A stretch of DNA of 36,395 nt, taken from assembly GCA_001599295.1 (NCBI GenBank), contig BCGN01000007.1, positions 1,291,791 through 1,328,185 of the forward strand. The letters run 5' to 3'. The position numbers and the translations under genes were made by a program. Source of the stretch: Sporopachydermia quercuum. Taxonomy: Eukaryota. Below, piece after piece: positions 12,264-23,511 of this stretch (position 1 is its first letter; each line of letters opens with the position of its first letter). The notes below the pieces were generated by a model, which did no database searches, had not been told where the DNA came from, and saw only the letters and a program-made list of their open reading frames with translations.

Positions 12264-12308
12264 AATAAATAATATTAATAAATAATATAAAAAATGAATA
12301 ATAAATAA
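12264..12308 (-). promoter_or_regulatory. AU-rich element (ARE) cluster in the putative 3' UTR of the CTH-like gene
   Basis: Three perfect UUAUUUAUU nonamers on the minus strand (+ strand AATAAATAA at 12264-12272, 12277-12285 and 12300-12308), about 375-420 nt downstream of the stop codon. Confidence 0.65.
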
Positions 12309-12683
12309 TATAGCGCTGATAATAGGACTCTGATCTGTCAGGACATAATTGGAAGGCAGAAAATCTCTCCGATCTGCAGAATTGAGCATTAAACTTCAGG
12401 CAGTACGACATTCTAATAGACACTGCGATCAAGGCAAATCGACATTTATGACAGCAAATGGAAGTTCATATAGGTGAGAATGTCGTAGTAGAGGTTGCGA
12501 TCACCTCATGAGTAGGGCACGTCCTCTACGTCGNCTGTTCTCTTTGCTTAACAGCGTTCTAAGGCCATACCGCCAGCTTATGACCTCTCCATTGATCGCA
12601 TAGACACACTCTGTCCTCCTTTTTCTTCGATTTTCTTTTGCCACTCATCTCATTTGAACCTGTTCTACTGTCTCCAGCATCAT

Positions 12684-13463
12684 CTACTCATCTCCATGTT
12701 TGAAACAACACCTTGTTCCATACCGACACACACCATTCGTGGAATAGTTGACACATGGCTTGGACTTATATTTCCTTCCCTTGTCAACACGAACCAGCTC
12801 TTGGTTTCCGTGAGCAAACTGACATTTATGTCCATAGGAACATACACCTTTCGTCATGAATTGAGCGCATAGTTCTGTTTTGTATAGACGAACGTCACAC
12901 TTGGGTTGCTGCAACCTTCGTAGATTCTCCTCAGTTAATGGGACAATGTGTGTCAAGGATGATGCAGATGTGACAGAGGTTCGAATTCTATGATGATTTT
13001 GTGTTAAAGTTGATTTAGATGTGGATATATTTGGTGCCAGTGTTGATCTGAGCATGCTGTCAGGTCTTGTGGAGCCTTCTATTTCGACATTTGTGGGAGT
13101 GACATTGGTGTTACTATAAGTGCTGATTCTGGTTGCAAAAGAACAAGAGGGATTTTCTACCTTGTATTCAATTGGCTCGTCTAGAGTAGAGGAAGAGGCA
13201 GTAGAAGAAGGGGTAGATAGTGATGGGATATTACTCACGTTTGGCAGGCACGTTGATGAATTAAATTGATTGTATGCAGGGTAAACACCGTTGTAACTGA
13301 GTGAGTCGTCATGGACATGTTGCTTTGGAATGAATTCGTCATTATGGGCTAGATTAACATTGAAACCTGACACTTGATCTTTATTAGGCAAGTTTAGATA
13401 GAACTGAACATTCTGTATGTCAGAATTACCTGTAGATGAATAATGTGATAAAGAGATTGTCAT
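12684..13463 (-). CDS. Tandem CCCH zinc-finger ARE-binding protein (tristetraprolin/TIS11/Cth1-Cth2/Zfs1 family)
   Basis: Two C-x8-C-x5-C-x3-H fingers with characteristic lead-ins: LYKTELCAQFMTKGVCSYGHKCQFAH and KYKSKPCVNYSTNGVCRYGTRCCFKH. The N-terminus is S/T-rich; 259 aa. Confidence 0.93.
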   Translation of the reverse strand: MTISLSHYSSTGNSDIQNVQFYLNLPNKDQVSGFNVNLAHNDEFIPKQHVHDDSLSYNGVYPAYNQFNSSTCLPNVSNIPSLSTPSSTASSSTLDEPIEYKVENPSCSFATRISTYSNTNVTPTNVEIEGSTRPDSMLRSTLAPNISTSKSTLTQNHHRIRTSVTSASSLTHIVPLTEENLRRLQQPKCDVRLYKTELCAQFMTKGVCSYGHKCQFAHGNQELVRVDKGRKYKSKPCVNYSTNGVCRYGTRCCFKHGDE

Positions 13464-16185
13464 AATGCTGAATAATGAATCAAGAGCTAACTATGGTTAT
13501 GAAATTTTTATTATAGGATAATAACAATTTATGTTGTTATTGCATTAGTTATGATTTTAGTTCTTCTGATGGCTTGTCTGACTCTTTATCGTGATTGTGG
13601 TTGATTATAATTATTATTCTGATGGTGTTTTGTTTGTCTAACAGTTTTCCAACACATTTACGCCTTCTTACCTAGGATTTCAATCCCTTACATAACAGTG
13701 ATAAATTCGCACACCTTTAGCATTATCAACAAAACAATCAACAAAACAGTAAACGAAACAAACAAAACAATACTACTATTCCTTTCCTTTTATTCTTTTA
13801 TCTTCCTCTCAGGCTTTTATGTAAGGTACTNATTTCCATAGTACACAATATTTTTTGTACGTAACGATTATTATTTATGTCATAGCTTCTCACAACTTTT
13901 TCAACCCTTTTGCATTATGACAAATGCTGACATTTCAATGGCACTCTATTGCAAAGAAGCTATATACCATTTCATTTTCAGAACTGTACTGCAATAAATC
14001 ATAAGAACTAACAGATGAAAGCTATATATATCATAAAATATTAACCGTTATCAGTAAGTTTTTACTCTCAGTTTTTTATTTTTTTTATATCTTTTGTCTA
14101 TCGATCTTCTTTACATTCCAATGTTAGGTCATCAATACTGAAAGAGTCTTCTAGTCATGAATAACGTTTCACGTCAGACTTCACCCTTTCCAGAACTTCA
14201 TCGCGTGTGATGAATTGGGGAAAATTTGAATAGTATGTAGCCTAGCCCTGAGGAGAAGCATATGAGTAAATTATGTGGCAACAATAAGGGGAATTGAATA
14301 GCCTGCCCAGGGTTGAAACAATTATTAGAAGAATGGTTTCTAGTAGGGATAGAAGAGTGTTCGATATGACTCATTGCCAAAGAACAACATTAGTCTGGTC
14401 CAAGGGAATAATTGTCTACGGCTGAATGAATAGATGAGAAGAAACAGACAGCAAGCATACGAACTAATGTCAAGTGAACACACGAGTACATTTCACACTC
14501 AGTGGTCTAAAACACTAAAGAGCAATAATTGCACCAAATATCCCAACAGATCGCCTGATTTAAAGGTTCTATGAATCCTTGTCGTGGCATTAGATACATA
14601 CACTGCCCAAGAAAAAATAAAGTAGATTGTAATTTATCCAGTTTTCATTTTTCCGGAACAATAAAATGAGCTCATTAAACAGAACGAACAATTGAAAAGA
14701 ATCAATACCGACCGGTAAGAAATAACGCTATACCGTAAACAATGCAAGTGCTCTTCTAATTGATTCCATAGATCACTCATCGAATAATTGACTTTATTCT
14801 ACTAATCGTATCATACTATCTTTATCTTTATCTATTTCACTGATGGACAAGCTGCCTGACAATTCTCAATGTTATCAATAATCAATCAATCAAGCAAATC
14901 ACATAACACTTCAATTCTATGTACTTAAGTCTTTGTTCAAATAGGGGTGGCTCACGTCAGAGATTTGGATTATTGGTGTTCAAATAGGTATATAAAACTA
15001 GATATTCCATAACTCCATTAACCTTACGTTGCTTCAAACCTGGTAATCAACCATTTCCCCTGATTGTTCTTCATGATTTCTTGAATGATACGGAAGAAAA
15101 AACGAACCGAAGGTGGGGTTAAGTATATAAACTCAAATCCAAACATAGTAAATGAATGNCAACTAGCCAAATTAAGATTATCACAATCTTCAAACCAAAG
15201 AAGTAATAATGAAAGCCTAGGCATATAACCCCCATATGACAATTGCCCATTATACCATTATAAAAGGTTTACTTTATTGGGATAGAATTTGTCACACCAC
15301 GAAAAAAAATCGGAGCTGAGTTTATGAAAATTTGTTCATGGCCCTCTTTAAGCAGGGCTGTTGAATGTTAAAGCCGAATATATGACGAAAGAGGAAGGTA
15401 TTCCGAATAGATTTGAAGCTTTAAGTGGAACACTTGAAAACCGAACCGAGTTTTCATTGTAACTTTAGTTACAGAAAACTGAGAGGAAATTTGAGGGAAG
15501 TGGGATGGGATGAGTGAAACTAAAGGCGGAATTGAGGGGAGTGTATTGAGAGATGGCTTACATGGAATGGCGCAAGGCTTGAGGATTACGTGATAATAAA
15601 AACATTTGTTAACTTTTCCTACTCTACCACTTTATTGGCAATGAACCATGACAATTTAGGTAATCGGAAAAATGAAATAGCATATTTAGGTAATTCAATG
15701 GGTAGTTGACTTAAAATAGAAATCCCACCTTCCTCCCATTATTCCTTTATACTTTGATCCACCAATTCTTCTTCCTTATATAAACAATACTATTGCATAA
15801 ATTTCAATATACCGTTGGCATTGTAGTCCTTTTCAATGAAAGTTAGCGCCAATCTCCAAGTGTTCCCAAAACTGCATGTTAATGTTAATTATATTAAAAT
15901 ATCCTTTTAATTGCATATATTTCCAGTAGAAAACTGCCATATAAAACACTGGTTTTGTATATCGATTTCTCCATTCTTACATTCCTCCACTCCCTGTAAT
16001 GAGACTCAAACTTCGCAAACTCAACTTTTTAGTGTTGTTTCCGAAATTTTGTATCATATCCGGTATTCATATTTTTGATCACAGGTATCTTTTTTCTACC
16101 TTTTCTCTCTCTTTTCTCAGGCATCCACTAAATTTGCCCCATCGATCATCCGGAATCACCACACAGACCAAAAATTCGTACAAAC

Positions 16186-17600
16186 ATGTCAGGCCGTCCA
16201 GATATACCTCAACCCGCTTCCGTTACCCCTCCCTATCCTATACGGATCTCCTCTACGGTGGTGGCCGGTTTCGGAAGAGGATCTAAGGAACTTGGTATCC
16301 CAACGGCAAATGTCGATCGGAAGGACATATCGGACGTTCCGCTGACAGCAGGAGTTTATTATGGTTATGTACAGTTATCTCCAGTCTTAGGAAAGTCTCC
16401 GGAATTGAAGAAAGGGTTTGGAGAAACCCAACAGCGGGAAGTGGAGTACAATTACGGAAATCGGCTTAGAAACTGGGTAGATTTTGGAAGCGGGGTAGTT
16501 CATGAGATGGTGATGAGTTTAGGTTGGAATCCCTTTTATGGTAATAGTGAGAAGACAGGAGTAAGTACGGAAGAGATTGAAAGCGGGAAAATAGTGCGTG
16601 AGGTTATGAGGGGTAGAGTGAGAGGAACCGGGGGTGAAGGTACTTTGTTTGGCAGAGAACAGTGCTAGTGTGGCAATTCTGGAGATCATGCTGGAAGGAA
16701 CAGAATATAAAGGAAGCAATAAGAGGAGAACCTGCAAATAAGGTTGAGTTGTGTATTGAGGTCTAGTTCGGAAGTAGTACTAATATAGTGTGGGATCTGT
16801 GTTACTTTTCCTAGTTGTTCAGAGGGTACAATAGCGGAAGGTCATAAATTCCATGGTAATATCCGAAAGTCAGAGGAAAGCACAAACAGGAATAAGGTTC
16901 GGAGAAGCCGAGATTTATTCAGGACACAAGATCTTGAATAAAGCTTTTGGACTGTCTCAGAACCTTAATATCTTGTTTAGTTTATCGGAACAATGGGCAT
17001 ACGTTAATCTCATTCGGCGCACTTCAAAATCAGATTGGAGGAACTTCGGCACTCAATTCAGCTTTGTACGCATCCGAAATCGGAGGTTGTTTTCACAGAA
17101 ACAAAACCAAAGCCTTATTTCAACAGTACCCCCTACTATATTTCGCGGTTCTCTTTGCGGTTTCCGCTGCCTAGACTAAGTTTGACCCCTCTTCACCCCA
17201 TGTTGTCCCATCTACCCCCCCTTGCCCCGCCAACCATCTAAGATACATTTGTACTAACCTTAATTTTCGCTAGGAACTCTATATTCTTCATGATTTTGCC
17301 GACGATTTTTATGGAGCAGAGATGAAGTTCATAATCCTCGGCTATATAAGACCAGAATTAAACTTTACATCTAAGGGTAAGTTTCAGCGGAATCTTTGCG
17401 GGCAATGTAATAAATGAGGTGCCTCTTGGGACGATGCGGGGCACTTTGCCACCATTTGTGTGTCCAACCGCTAACCAAACGATACAGAAGCGCTGATTAA
17501 AGATATTCATCTTGACGCAAAGATTGCAGGTGAAATGCTGAAGCAAGCAGGATACTTAAGGTTTAAAGAAGATGAGTTTTTTGACCTAAAAAGGCAATAG
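16186..17600 (+). CDS. FMN1: Riboflavin kinase, 3 exons (16186-16560, 17274-17376, 17488-17600), 196 aa
   Basis: GFGRGSKELGIPTAN, GVYYG and MVMSLGWNPFY lie in exon 1. Splicing at GT-AG restores NSEKTG|ELYILHDFADDFYG..LGYIRPELNF and E|ALIKDIHLD, with the frame kept to TAG at 17600. Confidence 0.93.
16561..17273 (+). other. FMN1 intron 1 (713 nt, phase 0)
   Basis: GTAAGT donor at 16561, TACTAAC branch at 17252-17258, TAG acceptor ending 17273. Removal joins conserved kinase motifs. Confidence 0.9.
17377..17487 (+). other. FMN1 intron 2 (111 nt, phase 1)
   Basis: GTAAGT donor, GCTAAC branch at 17470-17475, CAG acceptor; frame restored. Confidence 0.88.
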
Positions 17601-19631
17601 TATATCCAAAGGGAATGAACATCTATTAGTAGCATTGGATGATATGGGATGAGATAGGAAGTAGAATAGACGAATAGAGAAGAAGCGACAAATAGGGAGA
17701 TAGTACTTCCGATTAGGAAATCAACCGATAGACCAAAAAAAGGGTCTATTAATAGGAAAACGCCTCAAGATAGACATAGAAATGGCAGATTCAGTCCGAA
17801 AAATGCCAAATAGAGAACAAATCAATCAAATTAGGTGATTAAACCGAATTATGACCGAATTATGGCCCAAAGGTTTGAGCACTACCGAATTGGGACCCAA
17901 GCTACCCCATCTCGGACCGTCTCGTCCTAACCATGGAAAATAAGACCTATTTCACCATATAGAAACTCAACAACAGCCAATCGAATAGTTAAGGCATCAG
18001 TAATTCAATGAAGTAAATGGTAATGTATAAGAGTTTCCTGTTTGACTCCTGAGAGAGAGATATATAGTCAAAGATGGTTGATTGTTTGGCTTTTTCGTAA
18101 GGACAAAGCTATGGAATGGGCCAGGTTGTAAGTTTTTGTATAATAAAATCTGGTTTTATTGTTGCTTTTTAGTTTTTATTTTATACTTTTTCTGCACAAT
18201 GCATGAAAAAGCTGAGAAATTCGTTGTTTAAGCGAATGATTGGGGTATTATGTACATGTGAAAAGCAATTTAAGGTTTACAGAATTGACTCCAATCGAGA
18301 TTTTCATATACTTTATTCGGAAAGTTTTAGGTTCCTTGCATTAACTCTGAATTAGTATGGCAGATACAGAGAAACAATGACATGAGCACTTAACCCATAT
18401 ATAAAGGCACTTACAAACTGAAGAGGAAATATTTTTCAGCTGCCAATAAGATGCTCCATTGAGCTTTTACCAAAAAAAATGACGACTCTACTGACTTTAA
18501 TAGTAAGAGAGAGAAAATAGGGAAAACTGGTCAAAATTGTCTGTGAAGCTATTGAAACTGAAATTTAAATGCTGCTGTTGTGACTTTTTCTTGCAGAGCT
18601 GCTGCACTATCCCGAATAAAGTTCATACTAGAAGCCAAATGAATCTTTTTATGATTACGTAACCGTTGTACCCTTATAATAATGTCTCCTCTTATCTAAT
18701 AAGTACAATGTTCGAAACGCTGCATATTCATTACTTTTTTTCTAGACTTCCATTAATTTACTTTATAGAATTCGTTAAATAATTCCCCAACCTGTAACTT
18801 TTTTCCCAAAATCAATACTTCTTCAATTCTTAATCCTTCCCAAGCTCCAGATATTCCCTTTCCATTGCGCTGCTTATCGCTGGTAATAATGCAGCGGCCT
18901 GCATATCTTAACCTGGGCCCTAAAAAACTCTATTCTTGGTATTGCTTATTCTCGTCTCATCTCCTCCCTTCATTTCTTGCCTTTCTTTACCTGTTGTATC
19001 TCAGTCGAATTACAAAGCAACCAGATAGCTAAAGATAAAGAGTTGAATGAGCTTTTTTCTTCTCAATAAACAACCGACTTCAATAAAATAGATAAATCTG
19101 TCTTCTTTGTTTTTCTCGGTATCTCCAGCTACTCAGCGCCGTGAATGAACATTCATACTTTGTGTGAATACCGAAGATCACTTGTCAATTCTGAACATAG
19201 TTAAGTACGGTGTATCTACAGCGTTATAAAGTATCGTGTGATAAAAATTGCTCCGTTCTCAGGAGTATCATTGCTATTTTGACTGTAATTATTGGAAGCG
19301 ATTTGTAATTGAACTTTTGGAGCATTTGAACCTTTCTCAGGTTTTGATCACAGCATTGTTTTCACACACTTCTAAATTCACTCCCTTAACAAATGTCTTT
19401 GACGCTGTATTGGTGTTCTTTATGACGTGTGTGTAATTGGTTGATCATCGGCGCTTAGATTGTATTTGTTTTTGTTTCAGTTGTTGTTTTGATTTAAGAT
19501 TTTGTGGAAACAAATAGTTTTAGTGATATGTGGTAAATCAAAGTTAAGTAGTTACTTAAACCCCAAATGAATTAGAAGCTTTGAATTGAATCGGCACAGA
19601 TACAATTTTCGGGTTGTCAAAACAAATACAG

Positions 19632-22600
19632 ATGAGTATATTTACAAATATACAACCCGGGAGCTGTAAAGTGGGAATCCCGGACGCTCAAAGCCAATGC
19701 GGAAATACTGGCGGGTCCAAATTAAATGCCACAGAAACAACGCCACTAAAACCTTGGCTTCGTCCTCGGAAAGACCGAGTTTCCGGAAATATCAGGTTTC
19801 GGAACTTTGCTATAAGATATACTATTTTTTTGGGTTTGATGACTATTTCCTGGTGGTTCCTTCACTATAAGTCTAAAAAAGGTAATTTGTCCGGAACTCT
19901 AACCTCAAATGTGGATAATAATAATTCACAAAGAGAAACAGGCACTTTTTATCTCAGGTCCGTTTTCGATCTCGGTGATGATTCACCTATTTCTCTCCTT
20001 TCAGCCTCGGCCACATCCGCTACCACAACCTCTGCTTCAACCACACCTTCCTGTCTCGATATTCACTCGCCGAAATACGCATCTTTATCCCCCGCCCAAA
20101 AATGCCACTTTATTACCGAGTTTTGTAAAGAAAAACGGAATCTCGGCATTTTCAACTACCTAAATTACTACTACTGCACTTCCTCAGCAACCTCAGCCTT
20201 ATCCAAGTTCCTCCTTACCTTTTTATATGTATTCGCGTTATTTTGTTTATTTCTAGCTCTAGGCATTGCCGCCTCCGACTTCTTATGCCCTAACCTCAAT
20301 AACTTATCTCAGATCTTCGGCATGTCGGAATCTCTAGCCGGAGTTACAATGCTAGCCATCGGCAACGGGTCACCTGATCTAATTAGTACTTACGAAGCTA
20401 TGAGTAATGGCTCGGCTTCTTTGGCCATCGGAGAACTCGTCGGAGCGGCTTCTTTCATTACGTGTGTTGTCATCGGAACGATGGCAATTGTCCATGAGTT
20501 CCCGGTTTCACCCGTGATTTTTACCCGAGATATCCTGTTTTTCCTAGTACTAATAAGCTTTTGGTTGTATTTCATAGCCGACGGTCAGCTTAAAGCTTGG
20601 GAATGTGGGGTAATGATTTGTTTCTATGCGGGGTATGTTAGCATGGTGATAATCTTTGATGGAATAATGGATAAAGGGGAGAATGCGGGATTCGATTCCC
20701 GATTAAAAACCGATGTGGAAGCCGAAGTTTACGATGAAGCCGAAGTTTACTCCGAAGCGCAAGGTTATATGCGAGGTTTAGCTGCTGGAGGAGGGGTAGA
20801 TTCATTGATGAATAAGTTTGAGGACCAAGACCAAGACCCCGAACGGGATTTTGAGGATAGTTCGGATCATAATTCCGAACTAAATGTCCCAAAAGAACCA
20901 GATAAGAATCATAAACACGATTTACACTCACAAATGTCAATTGCATCATCCGAAGATGAAGCCAACCCGGATCACTCGGATTTATTGGCAGACCCAAGCG
21001 TACCCCTACCAAGTTCGAGTCTAATTTCGGTATTATCCAATGATAATTATACTTCACCCCAAATTCTTACTCTTTCTCCGCAATTGAGACCTTCTTTGCA
21101 TGTGATCCAACCTTTGGATTCTACCCCGCTTTTATCCCACCATAGTAACCTTTACCGAAGTATGTCCACAATTGTGAAATCAACCGCGTCAATTCATCAT
21201 CCACCGTCAATGGCTTATTTGGGGAATGACCTGAACCAGCCGGAATTGGGATATGGAACGGGATCGGGAAATGGTACCGGACACAGGTCTCGGCTCCGGA
21301 ATAACTCGATACACCATCGGCTTTCATTAGCAGCAACTAAATTTTCGGTGTTGGACGGTGTCGAGCTCCGGTCGGCTATGGATGTGGTTCGGAAGGGCCA
21401 GCGGAGCCGGCTGGGAAAAAGAGACAAGAAAGATAAGAAAGATGCTGGAGGGGCAACTAGAGGAGTGAACTCGGGCGATATTATCAAACCGACCACAGCA
21501 TTTAACGGTGAATTGTCAAGCGATTCGATATGGAATCCGGCAAAACGGCAGGAATATGGGGCTGGAGTGCTAGAACCCGACAGCTGCCCCAGAAGAAGCG
21601 TTTCCCCACCAACTCCAGATGAAACTGTTCCCTATCATCCTCAACCTTATAGAGCGATTGCCCGAATAGGAAATATACCTGATGCAAAAACATTACTAAC
21701 CCCACCACCACCGGAACATTCTCACCCCTCTTCAATATCGACTCCATCTCCTTTACCCCGCCATCGACCACGGGCTGTTTCATTATCACCTTCAATTTTA
21801 AGCACAGCTTTTTCCCAAAATAGCATTCAAATTAGAGACACCGAATTCACTACTTTAGCTGACACTTTCCGACATATCTATTATAACCGCGCTTATCACG
21901 ACATTGTGCTAGTTCGGCTTTTTCCGACGGTGATCAACTTTGGGGATAAAAGCTTATTTGCCAAGTTTGTGTCACTTTTACAAGCTCCAATGGTTTTCAT
22001 CTTTGCGTTATCAATTCCGACGTTTACATCCGAATACGGCAGGAGCGGGGAAAGCGGAGAGACGGAACAGTTGCCGCAGATCGGATTTGACAAATCAGGC
22101 AATGAACCAGCCCAATCAGGACAATTACCTCTTTTTGATTCTCCAATCGATTTGAACGGTGTAAACGATATGAATGATATAAACGACTCTAATAATCAAA
22201 TTCGCCCCACGGTATCTCCCACCCCAACTATTTCCCCCTCTTTACTCTACCCGAATTGTGACGGATCGAAAATCACAGATAAAAGACTTTGGTTTGCATA
22301 CGTAAAACATTATTGGGGTTTTTTACTCCTCCAAGGATGTTTTTGTCCCATTATTATTGCCAAAATCCTGTTTATAAATACCCCGCATGAATACCCCGCG
22401 TTTCTAATCTCTCTTGCTTTCTCGTTTGTGTTTTTGGCCCTGATAATCTGCCTAATGCGGCAAAGACGCAAAGCGTATCATATTTGGTTCATTAACGTGT
22501 TAGGCTTTATAACCAGTATGTCCTGGATCTTTCTGATCGCCGAGGAAGTTGTTTCCCTTTTGGAAACATTAGGCGTGATTTTAAACCTTAGTGATACCAT

Positions 22601-23000
22601 TTTAGGGTTATCTGTGTTCACATTCGGCAATTCCCTCGGTGATTTCGTTGCAAATGTGACATTTGCCGAGATGGGATTGCCGATAATGGCNCTTAGCGCG
22701 TGCATTGGCGGGCCGATGCTGAATATCCTAATTGGGGTTGGAGTTTCCGGTCTGGTGGTGATGGGACGAAGTAGGGGACATGCGGGGCATTCGGGGTTTC
22801 TTAGTGGGGTGTACGAAATCGATGTACCGGGTACATTGTTTGTGTCCGGATTCTCATTGGTATTTAATTTAATATTCATGTTGATTGCAGTGTGGATTAA
22901 CGGGTGGGTGTTAGGGCGGCATATTGGGATTGTCTCGGTGGGAATTTGGTGTGTTTCATTAGGAGTTAATTTATGGTTAGAGTTAGGTAAACGAGGTTAA
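19632..23000 (+). CDS. Ca2+/cation antiporter, CaCA superfamily, CCX/NCKX6-type (Ecm27/Ycx1-like)
   Basis: Alpha-1 repeat AGVTMLAIGNGSPD and alpha-2 repeat GLSVFTFGNSLGD. Two hydrophobic TM bundles are separated by a long S/P-rich loop. The start is taken at the first ATG (19632); the ORF-track start is a TTG. Confidence 0.88.
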   Translation: MSIFTNIQPGSCKVGIPDAQSQCGNTGGSKLNATETTPLKPWLRPRKDRVSGNIRFRNFAIRYTIFLGLMTISWWFLHYKSKKGNLSGTLTSNVDNNNSQRETGTFYLRSVFDLGDDSPISLLSASATSATTTSASTTPSCLDIHSPKYASLSPAQKCHFITEFCKEKRNLGIFNYLNYYYCTSSATSALSKFLLTFLYVFALFCLFLALGIAASDFLCPNLNNLSQIFGMSESLAGVTMLAIGNGSPDLISTYEAMSNGSASLAIGELVGAASFITCVVIGTMAIVHEFPVSPVIFTRDILFFLVLISFWLYFIADGQLKAWECGVMICFYAGYVSMVIIFDGIMDKGENAGFDSRLKTDVEAEVYDEAEVYSEAQGYMRGLAAGGGVDSLMNKFEDQDQDPERDFEDSSDHNSELNVPKEPDKNHKHDLHSQMSIASSEDEANPDHSDLLADPSVPLPSSSLISVLSNDNYTSPQILTLSPQLRPSLHVIQPLDSTPLLSHHSNLYRSMSTIVKSTASIHHPPSMAYLGNDLNQPELGYGTGSGNGTGHRSRLRNNSIHHRLSLAATKFSVLDGVELRSAMDVVRKGQRSRLGKRDKKDKKDAGGATRGVNSGDIIKPTTAFNGELSSDSIWNPAKRQEYGAGVLEPDSCPRRSVSPPTPDETVPYHPQPYRAIARIGNIPDAKTLLTPPPPEHSHPSSISTPSPLPRHRPRAVSLSPSILSTAFSQNSIQIRDTEFTTLADTFRHIYYNRAYHDIVLVRLFPTVINFGDKSLFAKFVSLLQAPMVFIFALSIPTFTSEYGRSGESGETEQLPQIGFDKSGNEPAQSGQLPLFDSPIDLNGVNDMNDINDSNNQIRPTVSPTPTISPSLLYPNCDGSKITDKRLWFAYVKHYWGFLLLQGCFCPIIIAKILFINTPHEYPAFLISLAFSFVFLALIICLMRQRRKAYHIWFINVLGFITSMSWIFLIAEEVVSLLETLGVILNLSDTILGLSVFTFGNSLGDFVANVTFAEMGLPIMXLSACIGGPMLNILIGVGVSGLVVMGRSRGHAGHSGFLSGVYEIDVPGTLFVSGFSLVFNLIFMLIAVWINGWVLGRHIGIVSVGIWCVSLGVNLWLELGKRG

Positions 23001-23511
23001 CTGACCCTAATGGGCCGAGATATTGATTGGTTAAACTCTTTGGGCCATTTAGGTGATTCAAGCAACGGTTTAGTTCAAAGTCATCCGAAATGAGCCCGTA
23101 TTAACCGAATTAGTAAATATAAGCGAGAAATTGCTGCTAATCGTCCTATTCATAGGAAGCTGGAATCGTTTTTGACGAGATAATCATTTAAGGCTATTAG
23201 GGGTTCCGCTATGTTCTCCGATTTGTATATATATCGATAATTATTAGTTTAAGTGAACAATAATCTGTTCCCGTACCATTTTGGATAGTTCAGTCGGTAC
23301 AGATCTTTCAGTAAGGATATCCAAGGCTATTATTATTAGTATTATTCTATGGTCAAGATTTGTAGGGTAAGTTTTATTTGTTCCGAGATGGGCAGAGTAC
23401 CCGAGTTAAAGATTGAACCTAAATTCTTCCATTTCCGCTATTATTCCCTCTATTATACTATTTGCCAAGTGTCTGAGTCTCTTCCGTCATTCTGTCATTT
23501 TCTCCTATCTT

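Noticed and set aside
16561..16668. ORF-track C-terminus of the 160-aa kinase ORF, and the separate HEM3 and CWC2 ORF fragments as pseudogene pieces
   Set aside because: Explained by canonical GT-AG introns; the spliced frames are intact.
16561..17273. Canonical bacterial FMN (RFN) or TPP riboswitch aptamer
   Set aside because: The conserved aptamer sequence blocks were not found by eye; only generic pairing is supported.
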